Source: an uncultured Caldisericota bacterium (lineage in GTDB: Bacteria; Caldisericota; Caldisericia; UBA6126). From it: a stretch of 64,000 nucleotides of DNA. This document shows, piece by piece, positions 9,629-18,247 of this stretch (the first letter of the stretch is position 1; every line of letters begins with the position of its first letter). Under the pieces are notes generated by a model. It made no database searches and was not told the DNA's origin. It saw nothing but the letters and a program-made list of their open reading frames with translations. The translations under genes were made by a program, and so were the position numbers. The stretch covers positions 4,434 to 68,433 of the forward strand of contig CAYRBR010000002.1 in the NCBI GenBank assembly GCA_964422555.1. Direction: 5' to 3'.

Positions 9629-10327
9629 TTGCCCTCAAAAAGAACACCCGATACTGTAGTCAATTTTAAAGGAGTCTCCAACGGGATTCTTATGTCATTA
9701 GAGCTTGACGATTATGAATTTGATAAAGTTGTCAGGAAAGCAGTTTCAATATATAAAAAGAAGCGAAGCTTTTTTGGACAAAATGTTGATTTGTTCGCCA
9801 CTGGTTTTACCAGAGACCTTACTGTTGACGAAGTTGGCATGACTAGGAAAATGTTTGACTATTTGGCTCACAAAGAAGTTCTACCCTACAAAGATACTCT
9901 GCCACAAAATCCCCAATCCTCTTCGAATGAATCTATTATTCAGACTGACAAACTTTCACCCTTTGAAGATATTGAAACGAATGAAAACAGTAATGAATTT
10001 TTAGTAATTGGTAAGGATGTTCGAGCTGGCATAGTAGTCCATTCCCCCGGGAATATAATTGTCTTTGGAAATATTAATTTTGGCGCAAAGGTGATTGCAG
10101 GTAAATCTCTTTATGTTTATGGTTCAATAAAAGGGGATGTAACGTTTGCATCTAGTAAAACTTGCAATCAGGCAATACTAACCTGTTTAAAAATGCAAGC
10201 AATAAGTATCCATACGAAAAAGGAGTTAATTAAAAATCCCATTCAAACCTTAGAGACTGAATCCTTTCCCCTGTATATTTTATACAATAATGGTAACACA
10301 AGCATTGTTACAATGAATGATGGATAA
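9629..10327 (+). CDS. minC: Septum site-determining protein MinC
   Basis: TTG start 6 nt after GGAGGTG. C-terminal beta-helix region GIVVHSPGNIIVFGNINFGAKVIAGKSLYVYGSIKGDV typical of the MinC C-domain. Followed by minD. Confidence 0.7.
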   Translation: MPSKRTPDTVVNFKGVSNGILMSLELDDYEFDKVVRKAVSIYKKKRSFFGQNVDLFATGFTRDLTVDEVGMTRKMFDYLAHKEVLPYKDTLPQNPQSSSNESIIQTDKLSPFEDIETNENSNEFLVIGKDVRAGIVVHSPGNIIVFGNINFGAKVIAGKSLYVYGSIKGDVTFASSKTCNQAILTCLKMQAISIHTKKELIKNPIQTLETESFPLYILYNNGNTSIVTMNDG

Positions 10328-11117
10328 CAAAGGTCAGATCATTGTTTTTACATCCGGTAAAGGTGGGGTTGGTAAATCAACTTTAGTTGCAAACATTGGT
10401 ACTGCAATCGCTCTTCAAAAAAAGAGAGTTGTTGTGATTGATATGGATATTGGCCTAAGAAACCTTGATATGATTCTTGGACTAGAACGTAAAGTTAGAA
10501 CAAACATCGTTGATGTAACCAAAGGCTTCAGTTCTGTTGACGATGCACTCATTTTTGACAAACGGACAAACAACTACCTATCTTTGATAGCAGCTTCCCA
10601 AAGTGACATGAAAAAGGATATTAATTTATTTAAATTCCATGGTGTTCTTACCTATCTTGAAAAGCGTTTTGATTTTATTTTAATTGATTCTCCCGCAGGA
10701 ATTGAAGAAGGTTTCAGCAAGTCTATTTACTATGCAAAAAAAGCGTTTGTTGTTGTTAACCCTGAGATTTCTTCTATTCGTGACGCGGATAGGGTTTTAG
10801 CATTGCTTGAGAGTCATCGAATCAAAAAGGATATTTTTCTGATCATTAATCGATATAATCATAAACTCAGTAAACGAAGCTACTATATTTCTTCTGACGA
10901 TATCGTTGCTCTTCTCCATGTCCCCTGTGTTGGCATTGTATCAGAAGATGAACGCATCCTCAGGCAGAATAATTCAGGCAGCCCATTTGTATACCAAAGC
11001 AACCTTCCTATTGCTACAGAAATAAAAAAAATATCCCGGATGATTATTGGGAAATCCCCGCAGAAATCTAAATTGAATGTTTCTAAATCTTTGTGGAATA
11101 AAATGAAGAACAGTTAA
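10317..11117 (+). CDS. minD: Septum site-determining ATPase MinD
   Basis: Deviant Walker A SGKGGVGKST. ParA/MinD-fold 266-aa protein with a C-terminal amphipathic tail. Confidence 0.9.
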   Translation: MMDNKGQIIVFTSGKGGVGKSTLVANIGTAIALQKKRVVVIDMDIGLRNLDMILGLERKVRTNIVDVTKGFSSVDDALIFDKRTNNYLSLIAASQSDMKKDINLFKFHGVLTYLEKRFDFILIDSPAGIEEGFSKSIYYAKKAFVVVNPEISSIRDADRVLALLESHRIKKDIFLIINRYNHKLSKRSYYISSDDIVALLHVPCVGIVSEDERILRQNNSGSPFVYQSNLPIATEIKKISRMIIGKSPQKSKLNVSKSLWNKMKNS

Positions 11118-11129
11118 TAGGAGTTTAAC

Positions 11130-11363
11130 ATGAGTTCAAAAGCCTCTAATCGACTAAAAATAATTCTTAATGAAGATAGAAAAATTCTATCTAAACAAAG
11201 TGAAAAAGATCTTAGAAAAAAGATTGCCACTGTAATGAGTGAATATTTTGCAATAGACAAACGAAAAATACGTATCAATGTGATAAAAACCAATCATCAG
11301 GCCGAATACAAATTAACGGCTGACATGCCCATTAAAAAAAGTGAGTTAGAAAAAGACCAATGA
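11130..11363 (+). CDS. minE: Cell division topological specificity factor MinE
   Basis: 77-aa protein following minD. Preceded by AGGAG. Confidence 0.75.
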   Translation: MSSKASNRLKIILNEDRKILSKQSEKDLRKKIATVMSEYFAIDKRKIRINVIKTNHQAEYKLTADMPIKKSELEKDQ

Positions 11364-12532
11364 GGATCATTCATGTTGGAAGCCTCTTTATTGGTCTTCA
11401 GAACCTTGGGAAGTCAACTGATAATAGCTACATGTTTTCGCAAGTTCAAGACTATTTTGACTACCTGTCATTTATTGCTGAATATGTAGATAAGAACTCT
11501 ATCGATGTGGTTTTATTCTCTGGTAATTTATTCTTTTCTTCACACCCAAGCCCTTTCTTACAATGGAAATTAGGGAATGTGTTGGAAAAAATGCACAAAA
11601 GTGATATAAAAATTTTTATACTCCAGAACCAATATGATCAATCAGACTCATACTCTTCCAGTAGTGAAATATGTAGTTATTCTATGCTAGATAAATACGC
11701 TAGATTTGTTAACAAACCTAGCGTTCATCCAATCAAAAGAAAAAAGGATTCTATTCAAATTGCCTTTTTACCCTTTAAAAGAAGTCCCTTCTCAACAGAC
11801 TCTAAAAACCTTGGTAGTAACAAAACGAAAGAGTTTGAAAAGGAGCTTAAAATACTCTCTTCACAAATTGACTCGGATATACCATCCTTTCTTATGACAC
11901 AAGCTTTAATCGACAATGTTAAACAATACTACCTGTTTAATTCTCTGCCAGAAATCTCTTCATCAATATCTGATTCTCTCCCGTTTCACTATATCTCTCT
12001 TTCGAATTTTCCATTTTCAAAGATAATTCCTGTTCATCGTCGAAACAACCAAACTGTGTTTTATTCTTATCCTGGTACATTGGGTGAAATCGAATTTGAA
12101 GATTCTTTAATTGATCGCGGTTTTATTTTGTATGACACAAAAAACAACAATTCTCCTGTTTTCGTACCTAATGCAGCAAAACGTCACACTGCTCTTATTC
12201 GGGTTCATGGACAAAACGAAGAAGAGGTATGGGAAAAACTAAATGAAGAATTTCTTTTAAACGATTACAGAGACTATATTACCACAATTGTCGTTCAAGC
12301 TCCCTTAAGAATAAATCCAAACGTAATTCGTGATAAGTATTCTGAGCATTGTTACTACATACAAAGAATCGTATCGCAAAAAGAGATTGTTAAATGTGAA
12401 GAAACGTATAACCAAATTGGCTTTTCAGATTTTTTAAGATCCTATTTAACCTTACAAGATATTCAAGACAAGGACTTTTTAGAAGATGTTTATAAACAAG
12501 GCAACCAGTATTACGAGAAGACAAAACTGTGA
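11360..12532 (+). CDS. sbcD: SbcD/Mre11-like protein with degenerate phosphoesterase motifs (predicted non-catalytic)
   Basis: ATGA overlap with the minE stop. The N-terminus MRIIHVGSLFIG parallels SbcD MR-I-HTSD-HLG but lacks the D and H metal ligands. GD becomes GN in motif II (VVLFSGNLFF). GNHD becomes QNQYD. Confidence 0.55.
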   Translation: MRIIHVGSLFIGLQNLGKSTDNSYMFSQVQDYFDYLSFIAEYVDKNSIDVVLFSGNLFFSSHPSPFLQWKLGNVLEKMHKSDIKIFILQNQYDQSDSYSSSSEICSYSMLDKYARFVNKPSVHPIKRKKDSIQIAFLPFKRSPFSTDSKNLGSNKTKEFEKELKILSSQIDSDIPSFLMTQALIDNVKQYYLFNSLPEISSSISDSLPFHYISLSNFPFSKIIPVHRRNNQTVFYSYPGTLGEIEFEDSLIDRGFILYDTKNNNSPVFVPNAAKRHTALIRVHGQNEEEVWEKLNEEFLLNDYRDYITTIVVQAPLRINPNVIRDKYSEHCYYIQRIVSQKEIVKCEETYNQIGFSDFLRSYLTLQDIQDKDFLEDVYKQGNQYYEKTKL

Positions 12533-15510
12533 TGATTACACCAAATTTCATTGAAATCAATAATTTCCTCTCGTATGTAGGTACACATAAATTATCCTTC
12601 CAAGAAAATTCTTACTATCTAGTCTCTGGTAAAAATGGAGCTGGCAAAAGTGCTTTAGCTGATACAATGATTTTTTCTTTGTTTGGTATTCTTCGTTCAG
12701 AATATTCTCCCTTCAATAATCAAATTCTTTCTTTTGGAGCTGAATCAGGCTATATCCAGTTTGATTTCTTTTTAAATGACACTTTGTGGAGAATTCGACG
12801 TGATTTTTCTACTGATTCAACAAATAATCACATTCAGTTTAAAAAACGCCAAAATACATACTGGAAGAACTATACTCTTTCTGAAGATTCCTTGACTCAA
12901 CAGCAAATCTTAGATACTTTAAAAATAACTCCTCAACAGTTTTTCATGACTTTTTTTAAGACAAACAGTTATCCCTCTTTCTATGAGTTTCTTTCACTTA
13001 ATAATGTTGATAAGTATACTGCTGTATCGCGATTTCTTAATGTACCCTCTTTTGATTTGATTCAAAAATTTGTAGAGAAAGATCTCCAAGAATACGCAAT
13101 AAGGAAAGAATATCTTTCTACTTTTATAAACCAGAATAAATCGAAAATAAAAGAAAAAAAGCAACTTGAAAAAATCCTTCATGAGAGTAAAGATAAGTTG
13201 GCTAAAACGAAAGAACAGATACTACATTTAAAGCAAGATATCGATCAACAAGATTTACTCTGTAAAGAAATTGAAAATGGCCTTCAAAATAAAAAAATAT
13301 TGATGGAACGAATTCAGTATCTACGAAACAACCAGAATGAAAAGCGAACTGAAAGACAACTTCTTTCTGAAAAATTAAATGAATTGCAAAATGCAATTAA
13401 AATCCAGCATGAAATTGAAAATGGGTATAAACAGTTATCTGACTTGATCGTTTTAAACAAAAAATACAATGAAAATTTTGAACAGAGAGAAAGAATTCAA
13501 CATCAAATTGATGAAATTCAAACTATTCTAGATGATCAAGAAATCGCATTAAAGAAAAAGGCAAATGATCTAAAACAAGCTGAAGATGAATACTCTGAAA
13601 AGAAAAAATATCTTCCTGATTTAAATTTAAAAATGCAAGCAATCCAATCCAAGTTGAAAGAAATGGAAAAAGTTCGCTATCAAGTTCAAAAACTTGAAAA
13701 AGAAAAAGAATCCATTCAAAAGGAAATTGATGTCCTTAATGAAAAAATTGGGATGTTGAAAAAAGAAAGGATCATCATACGAGAAAAGAAAGAAAAAATC
13801 TATAAAGAAGTAGTCTCTTTCGAACAAATTATTCAAAAAGATCAAAGTACGAAAAAGAAATTACAAATCCTAAAAGAGAATAAAGAGAAGGTTAAATTAT
13901 TACAAGACCAAATTGATTTAGAAGAAAAAAAGAAGAACATTTTATCTCAACAAAATGAACGTTTCGAGTCCATGATAGAAACGCTAAACGAGAAGATCAG
14001 TATTTTCCACATAACGGATGAATTTGAAAATCGATGTCCAGCTTGCGGTACTCCACTTACAAAAGAAAAAGAATCTGAAATACTCTTGAACTACAAGCGT
14101 GATTTAGAGATGAAAAAATCTACATTAAATAGAAACCTGAATACGCTCCAAAAAATGGAAAACAAGATAGTCTCACTGAACAGTGATAAAAATGTTCTTT
14201 CTTCGGATTTTCATCTTGAGGAAGATTTACAACAACAATATTTGCAAATACAAGAATGTAAAGCCTCTATAAGAACTAAAACCGAGAATCACTACCGAAC
14301 AAAACTTCAGGAATCGAAAATTGAAGAAGAGCTTAACAAAACTACTTACTCGATAAACAATCTAAAAAGTCGTTTGAAAACAGCTGATCAGCAATTCATA
14401 AATTTAACACTTGTCCTTTCTAACCAAACTGTATTGGAAAACAATTTAGGAGATCTTCACAAACAAATTTCAGAAGCTTTAGAGGTAGACCAAAAATTAC
14501 CCAGTATTCTAAAACAATTAATTGAAACAAAGCGGAAAATTGAAACAAAAAACTATTCTCAAGACAATTGGAAAAAACTAAATGAACTTAAAAAAAGAAT
14601 CCTCTCTATTCCTTACAGTGTAGCTGAACACAATCAAATTAAGAATAAAATTAATCAACTTAAATATTTCGAAACCGAAAAAAGAGTAATGGATGAGAAA
14701 TTAATTGAAAAAGACAGTGTTTTGAACCAATTATCCTCTGTCGATAAAAAACTTGGTTCTCTTCAATCTGAGATTGATAAAAATATTGATTCAATAAAAG
14801 GTATACCCTACCAACAAAAGGATCTCTATGCTGAACAAGATAAGAAAAAATGTTTAGTTTCAAATAGAGAGCAATCTGAACTCGAAGAAAAAGATTTGGA
14901 AATAGAGATTTCGAAGTTTGAACAAAATATGGAAGACATTCACCGACTACAAATAAAATATGGTGAAGCACTTGAAGAATTTAATACATACCTTAAAAAA
15001 GAAAAAAGTGTTACAATATGCAGAGAACTCTTAAGAGAAACCGCTATAGGAGTTTTTATCGTTTCCCGTATTATACCCTCTCTTGAATTTTATGTTAACG
15101 GTATTTTATCTTCTCTCACAGACAACGATATACAGGCATCCGTTTCTTTGACGAAAAGTAAAAATAATAATCAACAACTTACAGTAAAGATTATTGAGAG
15201 CGGTCATTCAATCTCATATGAATACCTAAGTACCGCAGAAAAGTTTAAAGTTAACATTGCATTTCGGCTTGCCTTTTCTAAACTACTCTCAGATCATCCT
15301 GAAAACAATAGGGTGTTTTTATGTATTGATGACGATTTTGGTTCATTAGATTTAAATAGTAAAAATCAAATAATTCTCTCTTTGTTAAAGTTAAAGAAAT
15401 CCATCAATACACTTTTATTGATAACACATTCAAACGTGTTCCAGAATTGCTTTGACTACAGAATTCGTATTCAGAAAACCAGAAATACTTCATCTTTTTC
15501 ATATTATTAA
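12532..15510 (+). CDS. sbcC: SbcC/Rad50-like SMC-family ATPase with central zinc hook
   Basis: TGATG overlap with the sbcD stop. Walker A GKNGAGKS and long coiled-coil arms. CPACG hook near the midpoint (14044-14058). C-terminal signature-like LSTAEK, Walker-B-like FLCIDDD, D-loop SLD, H-loop LLITHS. Confidence 0.75.
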   Translation: MITPNFIEINNFLSYVGTHKLSFQENSYYLVSGKNGAGKSALADTMIFSLFGILRSEYSPFNNQILSFGAESGYIQFDFFLNDTLWRIRRDFSTDSTNNHIQFKKRQNTYWKNYTLSEDSLTQQQILDTLKITPQQFFMTFFKTNSYPSFYEFLSLNNVDKYTAVSRFLNVPSFDLIQKFVEKDLQEYAIRKEYLSTFINQNKSKIKEKKQLEKILHESKDKLAKTKEQILHLKQDIDQQDLLCKEIENGLQNKKILMERIQYLRNNQNEKRTERQLLSEKLNELQNAIKIQHEIENGYKQLSDLIVLNKKYNENFEQRERIQHQIDEIQTILDDQEIALKKKANDLKQAEDEYSEKKKYLPDLNLKMQAIQSKLKEMEKVRYQVQKLEKEKESIQKEIDVLNEKIGMLKKERIIIREKKEKIYKEVVSFEQIIQKDQSTKKKLQILKENKEKVKLLQDQIDLEEKKKNILSQQNERFESMIETLNEKISIFHITDEFENRCPACGTPLTKEKESEILLNYKRDLEMKKSTLNRNLNTLQKMENKIVSLNSDKNVLSSDFHLEEDLQQQYLQIQECKASIRTKTENHYRTKLQESKIEEELNKTTYSINNLKSRLKTADQQFINLTLVLSNQTVLENNLGDLHKQISEALEVDQKLPSILKQLIETKRKIETKNYSQDNWKKLNELKKRILSIPYSVAEHNQIKNKINQLKYFETEKRVMDEKLIEKDSVLNQLSSVDKKLGSLQSEIDKNIDSIKGIPYQQKDLYAEQDKKKCLVSNREQSELEEKDLEIEISKFEQNMEDIHRLQIKYGEALEEFNTYLKKEKSVTICRELLRETAIGVFIVSRIIPSLEFYVNGILSSLTDNDIQASVSLTKSKNNNQQLTVKIIESGHSISYEYLSTAEKFKVNIAFRLAFSKLLSDHPENNRVFLCIDDDFGSLDLNSKNQIILSLLKLKKSINTLLLITHSNVFQNCFDYRIRIQKTRNTSSFSYY

Positions 15511-15579
15511 ATTGACAAATTTAGTTTGTTCTTTTTAATGATCAACGTATTTTTATGGTTTTGAAAGCGGGGATCTATC

Positions 15580-15777
15580 TTGAAACAAATAGAAAAGATT
15601 ATCATCGATGAGAAACGTTGTAAACATTGTAGCATTTGTGTTCATATCTGCCCAAAGGAAGTCTTGGAAGAAGATTCAACTGGCACAATATTTGTCGAAA
15701 ATTTAGCAGCTTGTATCGGCTGCATGTCTTGCCAGGATCATTGTCCAGATTTAGCAATTGAGGTGATTACATCATGA
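15580..15777 (+). CDS. 2-oxoacid:ferredoxin oxidoreductase delta subunit (2x[4Fe-4S] ferredoxin)
   Basis: 65 aa with CKHCSICVHICP and CIGCMSCQDHCP. ATGA-coupled to the alpha subunit. Confidence 0.7.
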   Translation: MKQIEKIIIDEKRCKHCSICVHICPKEVLEEDSTGTIFVENLAACIGCMSCQDHCPDLAIEVITS

Positions 15778-16898
15778 GTTACCGAAGAGAAATCTTACAA
15801 GGCGCACAAGCGTGTGTAAGGGGAGCAATAAAATCTGGTATAGGTTTTTTTGCTGGATATCCTATAACACCCTCTACTGAGGTTGCAGAACTTTTTTCAA
15901 CTGAACTAGCGAAAGAGCAAAAGATTTTCATCCAAATGGAAGATGAAATTGCTAGCATAACTGCTGTCATTGGCGCATCTTTGGCTGGAAAAAAAGCAAT
16001 GACTGCAACATCTGGTCCTGGTTTTTCTTTAATGCAAGAAGGATTGGGATATGCCTGCATGGCAGAAGTACCCTTAGTTCTTATAAATGTGCAACGGGGA
16101 GGACCCTCCACCGGTTTACCTACTCGGGTTGCACAAGGTGATGTCATGCAATCCAAATGGGGAACCCACGGTGATCACCCTATGATTGTGCTCTGTCCCT
16201 CTTCTGTACAAGAACTCTACGAGATGACAATTGAAGCATTTAATCTTTCAGAGCAATATCGTAACCCTGTTATTATATTGACCACCGAAACTATCGCTCA
16301 TATGCGAGAAAAAGTCGAAATTGATTTATCGGTAGAACCAAAGATCTACAATCGACTCACTCCAAGACTAAAAATTGGTGAAAAATATCTTCCCTATGGT
16401 AAATTTGCTGACGACGTACCCATTATGGGAAATATCGGCGACGGTCTTGGCACAAGTATTACCGGTTTGGTTCATATGGAAAATGGCTTTCAAAGCGCAA
16501 ATTACGAAGTAGCAGATCGATTGATTCGTAGAATTAATCGAAAGATTGAAAAACATACTAAAGATATCTTTTCCATGGAAATCATTAACCCAAACGCCAA
16601 AAAAATGTTCATTTCATATGGAGTTGCAAGCCGAACCATTAACTCTTTGATTCATTCAGATCATGATGATATTGGTTTAATTCGTGTTAAAACTCTATTT
16701 CCAATTGACCCCGAACAAATTCGAAAAGCAACCGAGCATGCATCTCAAATCTTTGTTACTGAATTAAATCTTGGTCAGTATTACCAGGAGATCCAGAAAA
16801 TTCTTCCTAATCGTAATGTTCATTTAATTGAGAAAATTGGCGGAGAACTAATCCCTCCAAAAGAAATGTTAAGAAGAATTGAGGAATACAATGATTAA
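15774..16898 (+). CDS. 2-oxoacid:ferredoxin oxidoreductase alpha subunit (KorA/VorA/PorA family)
   Basis: 374 aa with typical alpha-subunit N-domain GYPITPSTEV and GPGFSLMQEGLGYA. Sits in a delta-alpha-beta-gamma cluster. Confidence 0.85.
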   Translation: MSYRREILQGAQACVRGAIKSGIGFFAGYPITPSTEVAELFSTELAKEQKIFIQMEDEIASITAVIGASLAGKKAMTATSGPGFSLMQEGLGYACMAEVPLVLINVQRGGPSTGLPTRVAQGDVMQSKWGTHGDHPMIVLCPSSVQELYEMTIEAFNLSEQYRNPVIILTTETIAHMREKVEIDLSVEPKIYNRLTPRLKIGEKYLPYGKFADDVPIMGNIGDGLGTSITGLVHMENGFQSANYEVADRLIRRINRKIEKHTKDIFSMEIINPNAKKMFISYGVASRTINSLIHSDHDDIGLIRVKTLFPIDPEQIRKATEHASQIFVTELNLGQYYQEIQKILPNRNVHLIEKIGGELIPPKEMLRRIEEYND

Positions 16899-17706
16899 AG
16901 GTGAAAAGTTTTATCATCCAGATAGATTGCCCACTATATGGTGCCCTGGTTGTGGTAATGGTATAGTATTACACGGTGCTATGGAAGTTTTAGATGATTT
17001 AAATTGCACAAAAAAAGATGTAATTTGTGTATCTGGTATTGGGTGTTCCTCGAGATCTGCAACATACACCCAATTTGATGAAGTTCATACACTGCACGGT
17101 CGTGCAATTCCCTTTGCTACTGCAATAAAACTTTGCCAGCCAGATAAGAAAGTCATTGTATTCACTGGTGATGGTGATTCAGCAGCAATAGGTGGGAACC
17201 ATCTAATCCATGCTGCTAGAAGAAACATTGATATTACTGTTATAGTATTTAACAATAGTATATATGGTATGACTGGCGGACAAGTATCACCGTTAACAGA
17301 ACCATTCAAGAAAGGAACTACTGCTCGTTTTGGTAACTACGAAAACCAATTTGATTTAGTTCAACTATTATTAGGAGCTGGGGGAACCTATATTGCAAGA
17401 ACAGGAACCTACTACTATAAGATGATGAAAAAGTATATGAAAAAAGCCTTTTTAAGAAAAGGTTTTTCCTTTATAGAAGTTATATCTCAATGCCCTGTCT
17501 ACTACGGTCGACTTAACAAGATGGCAAAACCCTATGATATGCTAACCAACCAAAAGGATATTCTTGTTTCAAAAGATAAGTATGAAACATTATCCTCTGA
17601 CGATAAATTTGGGAAATTACCCATTGGTGAATTTATTGAAGATAATTCTCAACCATCCTATTTAGAAAAAAGAGAGCAACTTTTAAAGAAGGTGAGAGAA
17701 ACATGA
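16891..17706 (+). CDS. 2-oxoacid:ferredoxin oxidoreductase beta subunit (TPP-binding)
   Basis: WCPGCGNG Cys motif and TPP-binding GDGDSAAIGGNH. ATG at 16891 follows GAGGA; the ORF track start at 16879 overlaps the alpha stop. Confidence 0.85.
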   Translation: MIKGEKFYHPDRLPTIWCPGCGNGIVLHGAMEVLDDLNCTKKDVICVSGIGCSSRSATYTQFDEVHTLHGRAIPFATAIKLCQPDKKVIVFTGDGDSAAIGGNHLIHAARRNIDITVIVFNNSIYGMTGGQVSPLTEPFKKGTTARFGNYENQFDLVQLLLGAGGTYIARTGTYYYKMMKKYMKKAFLRKGFSFIEVISQCPVYYGRLNKMAKPYDMLTNQKDILVSKDKYETLSSDDKFGKLPIGEFIEDNSQPSYLEKREQLLKKVRET

Positions 17707-18233
17707 GAGTAGAATTACGCTTTTCTGGTTCAGGTGGTCAAGGTTTAATTACCGCTACTCGTATTATTGCTAGAGCTGCATTAAGAGAAGGTAAAAATGC
17801 AATGCAATCTCAATCTTATGGAGCTGAGGCAAGAGGTGGTGCTACTAAAAGTGAAGTAATCATAAGCACTCGAGAAATATACTATCCTGAAATCGAAGTA
17901 CCTGATGTATTACTTTTAATGACAAAAGAAGCCTACCAAAAATATGGCACTACCATCAAAGAAGGTGGTATTCGTATTTTAGATAGTTTTTTCATACCTG
18001 ATTATGAAAGAATCTCTAAAGCTCGAACATACACAGAACCTTTTACTTCAATTTGTGAGGAAGAATTTAAAACACAGATCATGGCCAACATGATAATAAC
18101 AGGATATTTGATTGGTATCACTAAAGTTGTCTCTCTTGACTCATTTAATCAGGCCATTGGTGACTTTTTCTCAGATGATAAACTTACAAACAATATAAAA
18201 GCAGCAAAATTTGGCTACAATCTAGCAATCTAA
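17703..18233 (+). CDS. 2-oxoacid:ferredoxin oxidoreductase gamma subunit
   Basis: ATGA overlap with the beta stop. 176-aa gamma-family sequence GSGGQGLITATRI. Confidence 0.8.
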   Translation: MRVELRFSGSGGQGLITATRIIARAALREGKNAMQSQSYGAEARGGATKSEVIISTREIYYPEIEVPDVLLLMTKEAYQKYGTTIKEGGIRILDSFFIPDYERISKARTYTEPFTSICEEEFKTQIMANMIITGYLIGITKVVSLDSFNQAIGDFFSDDKLTNNIKAAKFGYNLAI

Positions 18234-18247
18234 TCATTCATTAAGAA

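Noticed and set aside
15511-15579. TTGACA hexamer (15512-15517) as the -35 for the oxidoreductase operon.
   Set aside because: No convincing -10 at 16-18 nt spacing (only TTAATG). Left unannotated.
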